From assembly GCF_963921235.1 (NCBI RefSeq), contig NC_086109.1, positions 15,440,001 through 15,504,000 on the forward strand: DNA of 64,000 nt. Direction: 5' to 3'. How positions within the stretch are numbered: position 1 is the first letter of the stretch; every line of letters starts with the position of its first letter. The notes beneath the pieces were generated by a model. It was not told the origin of the DNA. It did not search any database and was given only the letters and a program-made list of their open reading frames with translations. The position numbers were made by a program, and so were the translations under genes. Shown here in pieces: positions 50,108 through 63,135 of this stretch. Source of the DNA: Mobula hypostoma (Eukaryota).

Positions 50108-51029
50108 CTACCAAAAGATGTACAAGGCCTTCCTTCCCTCCGCTCACCTGCAGGTCATCCATGGGCAAGGTACAGCACCTGATTAGCCCCCTGATCAGGG
50201 TCACGTGAAGCCTTGAGAACAATTACTGGTTATGTGACCACTGACCTTTGGGCAGGATTGCTTCTCTTTATATTAGCTATTATTGACCAGGGAAAAAGTC
50301 TCTGGCTATCCATTTGATCCATGCCTCTTATCATCCTGTACACCTCCATTCTCGAGCAAGTGAGAGAACTTCAGTCAAAAACTTCAGTAAAGTAAAACCA
50401 TTGTCTCAAACTTAAATGAAATTACAAATGAAATTACATAGGCATGAAGGTAGAACTGGACTGGGGAAACTGATTGAAAAGTTAGATGTTAGAAAAATAA
50501 TAGCAGACGCACATGGACATACTTCACAGTTTCAACAAGAGATACAGTATTTCATTGAGAAGTAAAGGTCACTGATCCAAATGCAGCTAACAGAAAAGTT
50601 AAGGATGGCATCATTGAAAGAAAAGGTCACACTGTTGTGAAGGTTATTGTAAGTGAAAAGAAGCACAGACTTTCCAAACTGGCAAAAGGTGAACAAAGAA
50701 ATAAGGGAGGAGAAGATAGATGATTAGGGAAATTAGGAAGAAATGCACATACTATTATCAATTACTATAAATTGCACATTTAGACAGAGATGTATTGTAA
50801 AGATTTTTACTCCTCATGTATGTGAAGGATGCAAGAAATAAAGTCAATTCAATTCAATTCAACAATATTCCTAATATTAAAAACTACTAGGTTCAGGAAA
50901 TGTTATTATACTGCAACCATCAGGCTCCTGAACCAGTGTGGATAACTTTACTCACCTCAACGCTAAACTGATTCCACACTTTCAAGGACCCTACAAATTA
51001 TGTTCCATGTTTTATTTACTTACTATTTA

Positions 51030-51549
51030 CAGTACTGTGCAAAAGTCTTATGCACATATGTATAGCTAAGATTCCTAATACTTTTACAGAGTACTGTAGT
51101 GATTTTATGTATTACACTGTACTGCTGCTAGAAAAAAATACTAATTTCATGACTTATGTGAGTGATGATAAACCTGATTCTGATCTGGGTCTCTATTGTG
51201 GACTGAGAGTGGGAAGGGGGCAGGGAGAGGGGGATCAAGGTTGGGAAAAGGGGAAAGAAAAGGGAGGAAGTGGGAAGCACCAAAGAGGCATTCTGTGGTG
51301 ATCAATAAACCATTGTTTGGAATCAAGTTATCTTGCCTGGTGTCTCAGGGCTGGATGCGTCTGCACCCGTAACAACCCCCACCCCAGTACTCGTTCTCTG
51401 CCACCTATGCCACAGCCCTCCTACAGCACTCAACCCTCGCCATTCTCAACATCCTTTACTCCCAGCAAATTTATACACTCACCCTTGGCTCCATGTTGAC
51501 AAATACAGTTTTGTGCACCCGAGCTATATATATGTGCCTAAGACTTTCG
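51030..51549 (+). mobile_element. Composite Tc1-type MITE unit, copy 2
   Basis: Palindromic MITE TA-cagtactgtgcaaaagtctta...tacttttacagagtactg-TA (51030-51096), captured sequence, second partial MITE at 51506-51549. Confidence 0.7.
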
Positions 51550-52362
51550 TATTTTTTCATAGAGTGCCTGCAAAAAAAAAATGAATCTTTGGCTAATATA
51601 TGGCGACACATACAGTACGTACTTTGATAATAAATTTACTTTGAACTTTTTGAACTTTGATCTGACAATAATATCAGCTATTAATATGTGAAATGGAAAA
51701 GAGTTGCTAAAGTATATGTTGGACCCTGGTGGATGGGATTGGACAATTAATAATGAGAAATTAAAGAAATGGGACAGACTCTCACTAAATTCTTTTTCTG
51801 TACTCATGGTAGAACTGAGAGAAGGCATCCCTGTATTAGTATAAATTTAAAGGGCAAAAGAAGGGAGGAATTTAAAACATATAAGTAGAAAAAAATGATT
51901 ACCCAAACTAATGGGGCAAAAGGCTAAAAATCCTCTGGACCAGATGGGCTACATCCTAAAGTTTAAAGAAGAAGTTGCAGACATGGTGGATGTGTTGGTT
52001 ATAACCTTCCAAAATCCCCCAGATTCTGGAGGGTTCCCAGCACCATGGAAAGTTGCCAATATTCCAGAAAGAAGGGAGGCAGAGAACATGAAACAATAGG
52101 TTGGTCAGTCCAACATTGTGAAAATTCGGCTGTCATTGGGAAACTGCTGGAATCTGATATTAAGGAATAATTAGAAAATCAAAACCCAATTCAGCCCAAT
52201 CATGATAGAGCGATCGTGTTTGATGATCTTATTAGTGTTATGAATGTAACTAGCAGGATGTTTGGGGTTTTTGACTTACTGTTCTAGATTCAGTTCTGAC
52301 CTCTGGTGCCGTCAGTGTGGAGTTTGCACGCTCTCCCTGTGACCACCTGGGTTCCTCTAAGT

Positions 52363-52414
52363 CAGGGAGACCATGGATAAGGCTCCATGGCATAAATAAG
52401 ATTGGGAGCGCCTG
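52363..52414. mobile_element. Tiny hAT MITE inside a V-SINE
   Basis: CAGG..CCTG ends; 8-bp TSD ctctaagt / ctctaggt. Confidence 0.65.
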
Positions 52415-53349
52415 CTCTAGGTGCTCTGGTTTCATCCTGCAACTCAAACACTGTAAAGTTTCCCTAGTGTATTGGTGAACAGTAGAATCTGGGAGGGGCT
52501 GGTGGAAATGTGGAGAGAATGAAGCAGGGAATATTGTAAATGAGTGCTTGATTGTCATAGATGGCTCAGTGCTTCTATGCTATATGTCTCTATGATAATA
52601 TGAAATAAATTCAGGCAACTTCCACTTCAGAGCCATTCGGAATATGGAAATTTGCCTTTACAGAATTCAACAATCATTATTCTAAAATTTGAGGTGCAGA
52701 ATAACATTCACTCTTACAAAACTTAGGTTAAAAAAAAGAGAAATAAATAAACACAACCTTTTTTCGCCTGTTTTTATAGAGTAAAGCATAGAAAAAAACA
52801 TTCAGCCCATCTAGTCCATGACAGACCATTTAAGTTGCCTACTCCTCTTGACCTGCACCAAGACCATAGTCCTCCATACCCCTACCATCCGTGCACCTAT
52901 CAAAACTTCTCTTAAATGTTGAAATCGAATTTGCATGCACCATTTGTGCTGGGTATCTCATTCTACGCTCTCACGCCCCTCTCAGTGAAGAAATTTCCCC
53001 TCATGTTCCCTTTAAACTTTTCACCTTTCATTGTTAAACCTGGACCTCTGGGTGTAGTCCCACCCAACCTCAGAGGAAAAAGCCTGCTTGTTTCTTGATG
53101 CACATGCAGATGACATGGCTTGGTGTCACAGAAGATCATCATATGGACTGTTTTCCAGGAATGTAACCCCCACTCCCTGTCTTGTAATGTGTGAGGTCAC
53201 TTGTATTGTACCTGATAATTGCTCATCACATTGGAGGTAATATTTAACATGACAGAGCAATGGTAGCAGGTTAGGGGTAACAGGGAGGGGCATGGAATCA
53301 CAAGGCCAACATTACATAGGCTCTAGTCCCCCAATCTGGAGCACATTCG

Positions 53350-53745
53350 AGTCAAGTCAAGTCACTTTTTATTGTCATTTCAACCACAACTGCTGGTACA
53401 GAACGTAGTAAAAAAGAGACAACATTTTCCAAGACCATGGTGCTAGATGAAACAATAGAAAAACCACATTGAACTACATAAGAAAAAACACAAAAGCTAC
53501 ACTAGACTTCAGACCTATCCAGGACTGCGTAAAGTGCACAAAACAGTGTAGGCACTACAATAAATAATAATAAATAAGACAGTAGACACAGTAGAGGGTA
53601 CAGTAGGTTGGTGTCAAGCCAGGCTCTGGGTATTGAGGAGTCTGATGGCTTGGGGGAAGAAACTGTTACATAGTCTGGTCATGAGAGCCCGAATGCTTCG
53701 GTGCCTTTTTCCAGATGGCAGGAGGGAGAAGAGTTTATATGAGGG
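53350..53745 (-). mobile_element. Rex1 LINE 3' end with (TTGAC)n tail
   Basis: LFSLLPSGKRHRSIRALMTRLCNSFFPQAIRLLN in ORF 53614..53829(-). Confidence 0.85.
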
Positions 53746-54084
53746 TTTATAAGAGTTTATTGCCTGAGAAGGTGGTGGAGGCAGAGACTCACACCATTTA
53801 AGAAGTATCTGGATATGTGCTTGGATCACCTAGGCATACAGAGCTGTGCACCAAGTGCTGATAAGTGGGTTTGGAATAAATGAGTCATTGATGGTTGGCA
53901 TGGACATGGTGGGATGTACAGCCTGTCTCTGTGTTGTACAGCTCTATGGGTCTAACGTATGGAGTGGCTGAGTAGCCTTGAGGAGCTGTATGCCTGATAC
54001 GACTCCTGTCACCTTTTTGTTTATTTTTTACCCTTCACCATCTTCCCTGGAATTAGATGCTAATGGGAGCAGTTCCTTCTGTAC

Positions 54085-54476
54085 ATTGTTCGTTTGTTAT
54101 GTGCCATGTCATATGACACGGGCAATCATGGTCTTTCCACAACACTGATTGTTCTTGGCAAATTTTTCTACAGAAGTGGTTTGCCATTACCTTCTTCTGG
54201 GCAGTGTCTTTACAAGACGTGCGGCCCCAACCATTATCAATACTCTTTAAGAGATTGTCTGCCTGGCGTCAGTGGTTGCATAACCAGGACGTGTGATATG
54301 CACCGGTTGCTTATATGACCATCCACCACCTGCTCCCATGGCTTCATGTGACCCTTTTTGGGGGTGGGGGGGGCTAAGCAGGTGCTGCACTTTGCCCAAG
54401 GGTGACCTGCAGGCTAGTGGAGGGAAGGAGTGCCTTACACGTCCTTCTTGGTAGAGACATTTCTCCACCCCACTGC
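54085..54476 (-). mobile_element. SINE-like repeat with a Bov-B/RTE-type 3' motif
   Basis: Minus strand agaagaaggtaatggcaaaccacttctgtagaaaaatttgccaagaac; homologous to 11353-11730. Confidence 0.7.
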
Positions 54477-56601
54477 CTCTATTCTTACCTGATTTAAATC
54501 ATTAAGGATCAAGGATCAGCTTTATCCACCATATACATTTACATATATTAGGAATTTGCTGTGGTATGTTGGTGTGACATGCAGCAAAAATAACATTCAC
54601 TAACCATAAGAATAAATTATGATATAAAAATGAAATAAATGATATGAAATAAAGTATGTATAAATGTATAAATATCACGTTTCCAATGTAAACAGTATTA
54701 TAAATAGTGGTTTAAGGTGTTTACAAGTTCAGTGCAGTGACTGAGGTAATAGAGGGTGGTGGGCGTGGCTAGCTAGAATGGTTGGTCAGATTAACTGCCT
54801 GAGGGAAGAAATTTTTAGATCGTGTGAAGTCTTTGTTTTAGTAGCTCTATAGCGCTTTCCGAAAGGGAGCTTTTGGGAAAAGGTGGTTTGAAGGGTGGGT
54901 AGTGTCTGCAACGATTTTTCCTGCCTGTTTCTTCATCTTGAATGTATACAAGTCCTGCAGTGATAGGAAACTACAGCCAGTGACCTTTTCAGCTGCACTG
55001 ACTGTTTGCTGTAGGTTTCATATACATCTGTGAGAGGATGCTGCATCCACCCAGGGATTAATGTCTGAAGCATGCTCAATGATGGCAGTGTAGAATTGCA
55101 TCAGTATGTTCTAGGGAAGATGGAATTTTACACATGCACAACTGTGTCAAATCTCTCAACGCTTGTGAGAAGAATATTTGCAGATTCTACAGTCCAATTT
55201 ACAGCTGCAATCCTTCATCCCTGAAACCATTCTGTTCAGAACTGAAGCCTTGGCTGAACAGCTGACAGAACCAATGAACCATTTAAATTTATCGCTTACT
55301 GGCCTTGAAGGGCTTGGTTCGCATGTTCTCACTGTTACGAGGTGATTACGAGATGTAGGGTAGTGTAGAGGCTGGCACAGTAGCATACAGGATGGCACGG
55401 TAGTGTGGTGGTTAGCACATCACTTTACACCATCAATGATTACTGATCGGGTTTCAATTCCTCCCACATTCCAAAGACGTATGGTTATGGTTACTAAGAC
55501 GTGGGCATGCTAGACGTGCTGGAAGCGTGGCAGCTGTTGTGCTCTGCCCTGCACAATCCTCGCTGATTTACTTTGACGCTTTTCATGATGTTTTGATGTA
55601 CAAGTGACAAATAAAGCAAATCTTAAATCTTATATACCTTAAAAGTTATCTATTAAATGCTGCTTCAGAATAATTGACAACATGAAGCCAAAAACTAGAT
55701 GCCAGAAAATTCATACTGTGTTTGATGGATTTGTTGGCTACCTGAAGGGAAATCATTGGATATAGTCTATTCGGATTTCCAAAAGTGTAACTTTGAAATG
55801 GCAGCGTCGACCTCAAAAGCAGTTATAGAGAAAAATAATCTCCTTAAAATCAATCAGAACGAAATTGCCTGTAACCATAATGCTTCTTCTCTACCCAGAG
55901 GGATTCCAAGCAGAGTGGCAGAGTAGATGTGTCGGACTTGATGACCTTTAGAATACAAAAGGAAACAACTGGAAGAGAGATTTAATTGACGAGAAATGTA
56001 CTGGGCTTCCATCAGCAATGCTCCCTGTAAGGAGCAGGGAGATAAATCATTCTCCTGAACGGCTCTTTCTCTCTCCCTCTCAGCTGTTACATACTCTATT
56101 GGTCTTGCCATCTATCTAACAGCCCTGAGCAATCTGATGAATGACTGCCGCTCTGTGCTTGCTCTCCTGCAGTTAAGTGACTGTCATTTAGCATTGCACT
56201 GCAATTGCCCACTTGGTGAAGAGAACAGGTGAGGGTTAAGAGAGACTGTTTTATTTGTGAGCTAATTAAACACACTCCTGGATTTCATGATTTTCTCCAG
56301 TTATTGTTTTTTTTCTGTTGCCCTGCAGCATTACACTTCCCTGCAGTGAATTACTGTACAGCCTTTAACAGCACTGTGAGTTTAGGACAATATTGCAAAA
56401 GGACACTCAAGGGTTACAGAGTACTCCTGTAACACCATAGTCACTTACATTTTTGAGCTAAAACTTTTATTATTCAGAGTAACAAGGACAAAATGCTGGA
56501 GGAAATTGGCAGCATCAATGGAGAGGAATAAACAGTTGACACTTCAAGCTAAGACTCTTCATCAGTTATGATTGTGACTTCATGTGGGGAAGACCCTAGT
56601 G

Positions 56602-56675
56602 CAGGGGTTCCCACCCTGGGGTCCATGCAACCCTTGGCTATTGGTCCATGGCATAAAAAAGGTTGGGAACCTCTG
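56602..56675. mobile_element. 74-bp hAT (Charlie-like) MITE
   Basis: TIR caggggttccca / tgggaacctctg; 8-bp TSD ccctagtg / ccttagtg. Confidence 0.8.
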
Positions 56676-57269
56676 CCTTAGTGGAAGGCAACCAGAGAAT
56701 ATTTTAGCACAAGACACAAGCGATTTATGAAGTGATAGAGTTTCAGAGAAATACCGCACAGGAACAGGCACTTTGGGCAAACAAGTCAGTGCCACTAACA
56801 AGCACTGTTTACGCTAATCCTGCACTGACTCCATTTTTCTATTTTCCTCACATCAACTCCTCCCAGAACCTCGCACTCACCTACACACCAGGAGAGACTT
56901 ACAACAGCCAATTAACCTTCCAATCCTCACGTTTTCAGGATGAGTGAGGACACCAGAGCACATGGGGAGAAAGCACGGACACATTTTGATTCAGTACCTG
57001 ATGTTTAAGATTCTTCCCTATTCACTCTGCCACATGCCATTGGAGTGCACTTGTACCTCACTCCTACACCAGAGACTTGACCACAGCATTCTTGGCTGAT
57101 CCAGCACAATAGTGAATGATACTGATCTTTCAGGGACAGCATCTTTCAAACGAGATGCTCAGCCTAACCCCAATTTGCATTGAAGTGAAGAAGAGCCCTG
57201 GCCAACATTTATCCCTCAGAATATTGTCTACTACTGAGTCCACAACTGCATCCAAGGTCTTGTTTTTTA

Positions 57270-57700
57270 AGCTACATAAAGTTGTAAACTCCATCATGGG
57301 TACTAGCCTCTGTAGTATCCAAGACATCTTGAAGGAGTGGTGCCTCAGTAAGGTGGCATCCATTATTAAGGACCCCCATCACCCAGGACATGCCCTCTTC
57401 TCATTGTTACCATTGGGAAGGAGGTACAGAAGCCTGAAGGCACACACTCAGCGATTCAGGAACAACTTCTTCCCCTCTGCTCTCCGATTCCAAAGTTGTC
57501 ACTGAACCCATGAACACTACCTCACATATATTATTTCTGTTTTTTTCACTATTTTTAATTTAACTATTTAATATGCATTAATATACTTAGTGCAATTGAT
57601 TTACTTTTTTAATATGTTAACATATATTGCATTGTGCTGCTGCCGCTAAGTTAACAAATTTTACGACATATGCTGGTGGTATTAAACCCGATTCTCATTC
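57270..57700 (+). mobile_element. Rex1/Babar LINE 3' end
   Basis: KVASIIKDPHHPGHALFSLLPLGRRYRSLKAHTQRFRNNFFPSALR. Confidence 0.85.
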
Positions 57701-58747
57701 TGACTCTATGTACAGAGATATCGTGTTTCCCATTTTATAACAGTAAATACACCTCACATGTACCGAAAGCCCTAAATAAATTAGTCAGTACTTGTAGAAA
57801 GGGAGAAAACAAATCACCTCATGAGTGGGTGCCAAAAACATATGTGTTAGGATTACTTAGTTATAGGCCTGCTGTGTTGCTGCTGGAAATGTGGCAACCT
57901 TTAAGATCTGCCCAGCACAATCCTCACTCATTTGATTTGATGCAAATGGCACATTTCACCGTATATTTTAGTATTTCGATGTTCATGTGACACATAAAGC
58001 TAATCTTTCTTTTGAACGGTACCAGGGAGAATAGACTTGAGTTGTATGGACATGTAAATGGTGGGAAGCCACTTGTTCCCTTGCCCCTGTTCCTCCATTC
58101 AGTGGGATTAATGCTATTCTGTGATCAAGCTGCAAATGCTCATCGTGACCTCATAATCCTTATTACTTACGTTTAGGAGAATTCTCCGATTTCTGACTAA
58201 AAATTGACTCTACCATTCATGATAGAGTGTGGGAAGTTGATTGATGCAAATTGGGAGTTGGGGAATGAGTAGGTGAAAGAGAGCTACAGTTCATTAATAA
58301 ACAGAGTATTAAAGGCATCAAAGCACATTTTAGAAAGCAAGTAAATAACCTTAATGCTTTTATTTATTTATTTTTTATTTCGAGATACGGGATGGTAACA
58401 GGCCGTGCTGCATTCTCTAAATAAAAGATTCTGACCAATGAGCTCACACCACCGAATTACATCCATGTGACCAATTAACCCACTAACCCATATGTCGTAG
58501 GAGGCTGAGCACCCTGAGGAAGCCTATGCGGTAACAGGGAGAACGTACAAACTCCTTACGGTTGGCGGTGGGAACTGAACCGGGATCACAGACGCCATAA
58601 TAGTGTTACGCTACGCTAACTGCTATGCTGCAATGCCATCCCAATTGAAAAAAAAATCCACAGGGACATTCTAAAGATGCAAAACTGAGTTTAGTTCACA
58701 TCTACGCAAACACAGAGGGAGAAAAAGGAGAGAGAGAAAAAGAATGC

Positions 58748-59485
58748 GTGGGTCCAACATATTATTCTCCGTAACTTCCGCCACCTCCAACAGGATATCA
58801 CCACTAAGCACTTCTTTCCCTCCCCCCCCGCTTTCCGCAGGGATCCCTCCCTACGCAACTCCCTTGTCCATTTGTCCCCCCCATCCCTCCCCACTGATCT
58901 CCCTCCTGGCACTTATCCTTGTAAGCAGAACAAGTGCTACACATGCCCTTACACTTCCTCCCTCACTACCATTCAGGGCCCTAGACAGTCCTTCCAGGTG
59001 AGGCGACACTTCACCTGTGAGTCGGCTGGGGTGATATACTGCGTCCGGTGCTCCCGATGTGACTTCTCAAACTTCCGCTAATGCCCCACCTCCCCCTCGT
59101 ACCCCATCCGTTATTCATTAATATACACACATTCTTTTTTCTTTTTCTCTCTCTCCTTTTTCTCCCTTTGTCCCTCTCACTATACCCCTTGCCCATCCTC
59201 TGGGTTTCCCCCCCACCCCTTTTCCTTCTCCCTGGGCCTCCTGTCCCATGATCCTCTCATGTCCCTTTTCCAATCAACTGTCCAGCTCTTGGCTCCATCC
59301 CTCCCCCTCCTGTCTTCTCCTATCATTTTGGATATCCCCCTCCCCCTCCCACTTTCAAAGCTCTTACTAGCTCTTCTTTCAGTTAGTCCTGACGAAGGGT
59401 CTCGGTCTGAAACGTCGACTGTACCTCTTCCTAGAGAGGCTGCCTGGCCTGCTGCGTTCGCCAGCAACTTTGATGGGTGTTGCTT
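58748..59485 (+). mobile_element. Penelope-like element 3' fragment (Cys-rich linker, GIY-YIG start, internal deletion, terminal repeat)
   Basis: ORF 58872 PGTYPCKQNKCYTCP...FTCESAGVIYCVRCSRC jumps directly to DFSNFR*; pyrimidine-rich UTR; hammerhead motif. Confidence 0.85.
59385..59420 (+). ncRNA. Minimal type-I hammerhead ribozyme motif of a Penelope-like element
   Basis: agtc-CTGACGA-a-gggtctcggtct-GAAAC-GTC-gact: core boxes, short stem II, palindromic stem III, stem I agtc/gact. Confidence 0.7.
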
Positions 59486-60499
59486 AGTTCACATCTAAGA
59501 AGGAGTGCACCTAAAAATTATGGATGGACCAGAGAAGGTGCAAGAAATGTTTTGACACAAGAATGGAGAGGTTATAACCACGAGGAAAGATGCATATTTG
59601 CGAGGCTCTTCTTTCCTAAAGAGGAATGACTAAGATCGACATAAATAATGAAGGACAGGCGTATATTATATTTGAGACGCAGATCGAAACCAGGTCACAA
59701 ATTTATGATAGTTGTGAATTAATCCAATAGGGAATTTAAAAGAATCTTCTTTCCAAGGAGGATGGTTAGAATGTGGCACTCACTGCCACAAACAGATGAA
59801 GCAAACAGATCTGATACATCGAAGGGAAAGCTAGATAAGTTCATGATTGAGAGAGGAACCAAAGGGACGTATTAAAAATATTAACAGTAAAAAGTAGTGA
59901 TAGCAGATCCTGTACAACATAAACTCTAGCAGGACCCTCTTGGGGGGGGCTGGTTTGCTTTTATGCCGTGCACTTAAGTCAGAGAACGTGTGTATTGTAA
60001 CAAGCATGCAAATGCAAATGTAGAGGACATGATTGATGTTATCAATGCAGTACCCACACATTGACGGAAATTCTTGATTAAGGAAACAAAGAGGGGGCGT
60101 CAGCATAACATCAAAATTGATGCAGAAGGCATAGAATTTAATTTTTAATATGTTTATGTCACATGGAGCAATGGTGGGAAGCAGCAAAATTTTAACATCG
60201 AGGTTCTGACAAACTGGTTTATTATTATTTTCAAATTTACTGGGATTCTGTGAAAACATTGCTTTGTATGCCATCTATACAGATCATTTCAATACAATAC
60301 TGCGCTGAGGTACTACATAGAAAAACAATAACAGAATACAGAATAAAGTGTTACAGCTACAGAGAAAGTGCAGCGCAGGCAGACAATAAGGCCCGAGGTT
60401 ATAATGAGGTAGACTGTGAGGTCAAGACTCCGTCTTAGTGTAGTAGGGGACTGTTCAATAGTCCTACAACAGCAAGGTAGAAACTGTCTTTGTACCGTA

Positions 60500-60862
60500 A
60501 GGCCATAAGACATAGGAGCAGAAATAGGCCATTGGACCTTTGAGTCTGCTTTGCCATTTCACCATGGCTGATCCATTTCTCTCAACCCCATTCTCCTGCC
60601 TTCTGCCCATAAACATTCACGCCCTGACTAATCAAGTACCTATCAATCTCCCCCTTAAATGTGCCCAGTGAGTTGGCCTCCACAGCTGCCTGTGGCAAAG
60701 AATTCCACAGATTCACCACCCTCTGGCTAATGAAATTTCTCTTCATCTCTGTTCTAACTGGACATTCCTCTATTTTGGGGCTGTACCCTCTGGTCCTAGA
60801 CTCCCCCGCCAAAGGAAACACCCTCTTCACATCCACGCTATCTAGGCCTTTCAACATTCAGT
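60500..60862 (-). mobile_element. CR1 LINE 3' end
   Basis: ORF 60582..60857(-) LKGLDSVDVKRVFPLAGESRTRG...RNFISQRVVNLWNSLP. Confidence 0.85.
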
Positions 60863-61196
60863 AGGTTGTGCCTGGTGGTACATGCTTTCTTTTGTACCTC
60901 TGCCTGACGTGGGGAGCGGGGGTAGAAGAGAGAATGTCCAGGGTTGGTCGGGTCTTTGTTTATGCTGGCTGTTTTACCGGGGCAACAAGAAGTGCAGACA
61001 AAGTCAAAGGAGGGGAGGCTGGTTTCCATGGTCTGCTGAGCTTTGTCCACAACTCTCTGCAATTTCTTGCAGTCTTGGGCTAAACAATTGCCTTACCAAG
61101 CTGTAATGCTTCTGGGCACAATATTTTCCACGGTGCATCAAAAAAATTGGTGAGGGTTAAATGGGACAGACAACATTTCTTTAGCCTCCTGAGGAA

Positions 61197-61348
61197 GTAC
61201 ACTGTACACCTGCTCGTTAATGCAAATATCTAATCAACCAATCATTTGGCAGCAACTCAATGCATAAAAGCATACCGACATGGTCAAGAGATTCAGTTGT
61301 TCATAAAAAATGTCAGAATGGGGAAGAAATGTGATCTGAATGACTTTG
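61197..61348 (+). mobile_element. Truncated Tc1-like element 5' fragment
   Basis: Homologous to 43615-43770. Confidence 0.75.
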
Positions 61349-61782
61349 TCAAAATCTTTGCATAATGGCCAGATACTGTTAAGGCATTTGAAAGCACTAA
61401 CTTCAATATTTAATATTTAGAGTTCATAATTTAATATTCAGAGTTTGCAGACTCTAATTCCTTGGCAGTAAGAATCTATTCCCACTCTTAAATAATCAGT
61501 CTGCTGTACAGAGGTACCTACATTTTCTAAGATCAATTTATTATGAGTGTGTCTCATTAAGAAGCAAAGCGTTGCTGTTGCTTTTCCCTCATAAATCAAC
61601 ATGGAGTGTCTAAAATGTCAGTTATGGTAATCCCCAAAATTATAAAGGTGTTTTCAGATATGTCATTCTGCACTCCTAGCAAACTCTGAATATTAAATTA
61701 TGAACTCTAAATATTAAATATTGAAGTTAGTGCTTTCAAATGCCTTAACAATATCTGGCTATTATGCAAATATTTTGACAAA
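61345..61782. repeat. Inverted repeat, 104-bp arms, 230-bp spacer
   Basis: 61345-61448 versus the reverse complement of 61679-61782: 3 mismatches. Confidence 0.9.
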
Positions 61783-62194
61783 AGCTTTCATATTTGGCTC
61801 TACACATAAATCATCCAAAATCTACCCTCTCAGAACCTTGCAGATAACTTTTCTATGAGTTTATTATATACATCCTCGATCAGTAGGCAGTTCCAATCTT
61901 CTGTTATAGACTGGTTATAAATGCACATTTGGAGTATGTTCCTCAAATCATTTCAGGTGCACGCCTTGCTGTGCCGCCTGAGTAATTTCAGCAATTGTGG
62001 CTGTAAAGCCATTATTTATTATGAGTGAAAATTATTCTATCACGGTCCATACTTATGATAATATGAATAAAGCATAAAACAATCACATTTTGCTCAAATC
62101 ATGCAGTCATATTATGTCAGCAAAAGCACCCATCGCTGCTCCACTTCCCTTTCCTATCAAAATCCACCACCTGCAGTTCTTTATTGCCCCCTGA

Positions 62195-63135
62195 CCTACC
62201 ACCACTGTTGTGGGCCGTATCAAAGGTGGTGATGAATTAGCATACAGGAGGGAGATTGAAAATTTGGCTGAGTGGTGTAATAGCAACAACCTCTCACTCA
62301 ATGTCAATAAGACCAAGGAACTGATAGTAGACTTCAGGAGAGGGAAAGCAGAGGTCCATGAGCCAGTACTCTTCGGAGGATCAAAAGTGGAGAGAGTCAG
62401 TAACTTTAAATTCCTGGGTGTCACTATCTCAGAACTATTTTATAACTCTCTCAGACCTGTTGTATCATAAATATAATTGCAAAGAAAGCACGACAGTGCC
62501 TCTACTTCCTCAGGAGTCTGTGGAGATTCAGCATGTCATCAAAAACCTTGGCAGACTTCTACAGATCTGTGGTGGAAAGTGTGCTGACTGGCTGAATTAT
62601 GGCCTGGTGTGGGAACACCAATGGCTTTAAGTGGAAGATCCTACAAAAGGTAGTGGATTCAGCCCAGTACATCACAGGTAAAGCCTCTCTACCATTGAGC
62701 ACACCTACATGACATGATGCCTTAGAAAAGCAGCATCCATTATCTAAGATCCTCACCCACCCAGGCCAGGCTCTTTTCTCACTGCTGCCATCAGGTAGAA
62801 GGTACAAGTCCCTCAGGACTCACACCAGCAGGTTCAAGAACAGTTACTACCCCTGAACCATCTGGCTCTTGGACAAAAGGGGATAACTACACTCATTCTA
62901 CTTATGCTGTTCCCACAACTGGTGGTCTCACTTTAAGGATTCTTTATCTTGTTACTTCATACTCGTTATTTACTGCTATTTATTTATATTTGCATTTCCA
63001 CATTTGTTGTTCATTGATCCTGTTTACAGTTACTATTCTATAGATTTGCTGAGTTTTCCAGCAGGAAAAGGAATCTCAGGGTGGTATGTGGTGACATGTA
63101 TGTACACTGATAATAACTTTTACTGTGAAAATTGA
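62195..63135 (+). mobile_element. Rex1/Babar LINE 3' fragment
   Basis: ORF 62210 [43 protein letters not shown]...FKFLGVTISE. Confidence 0.9.
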
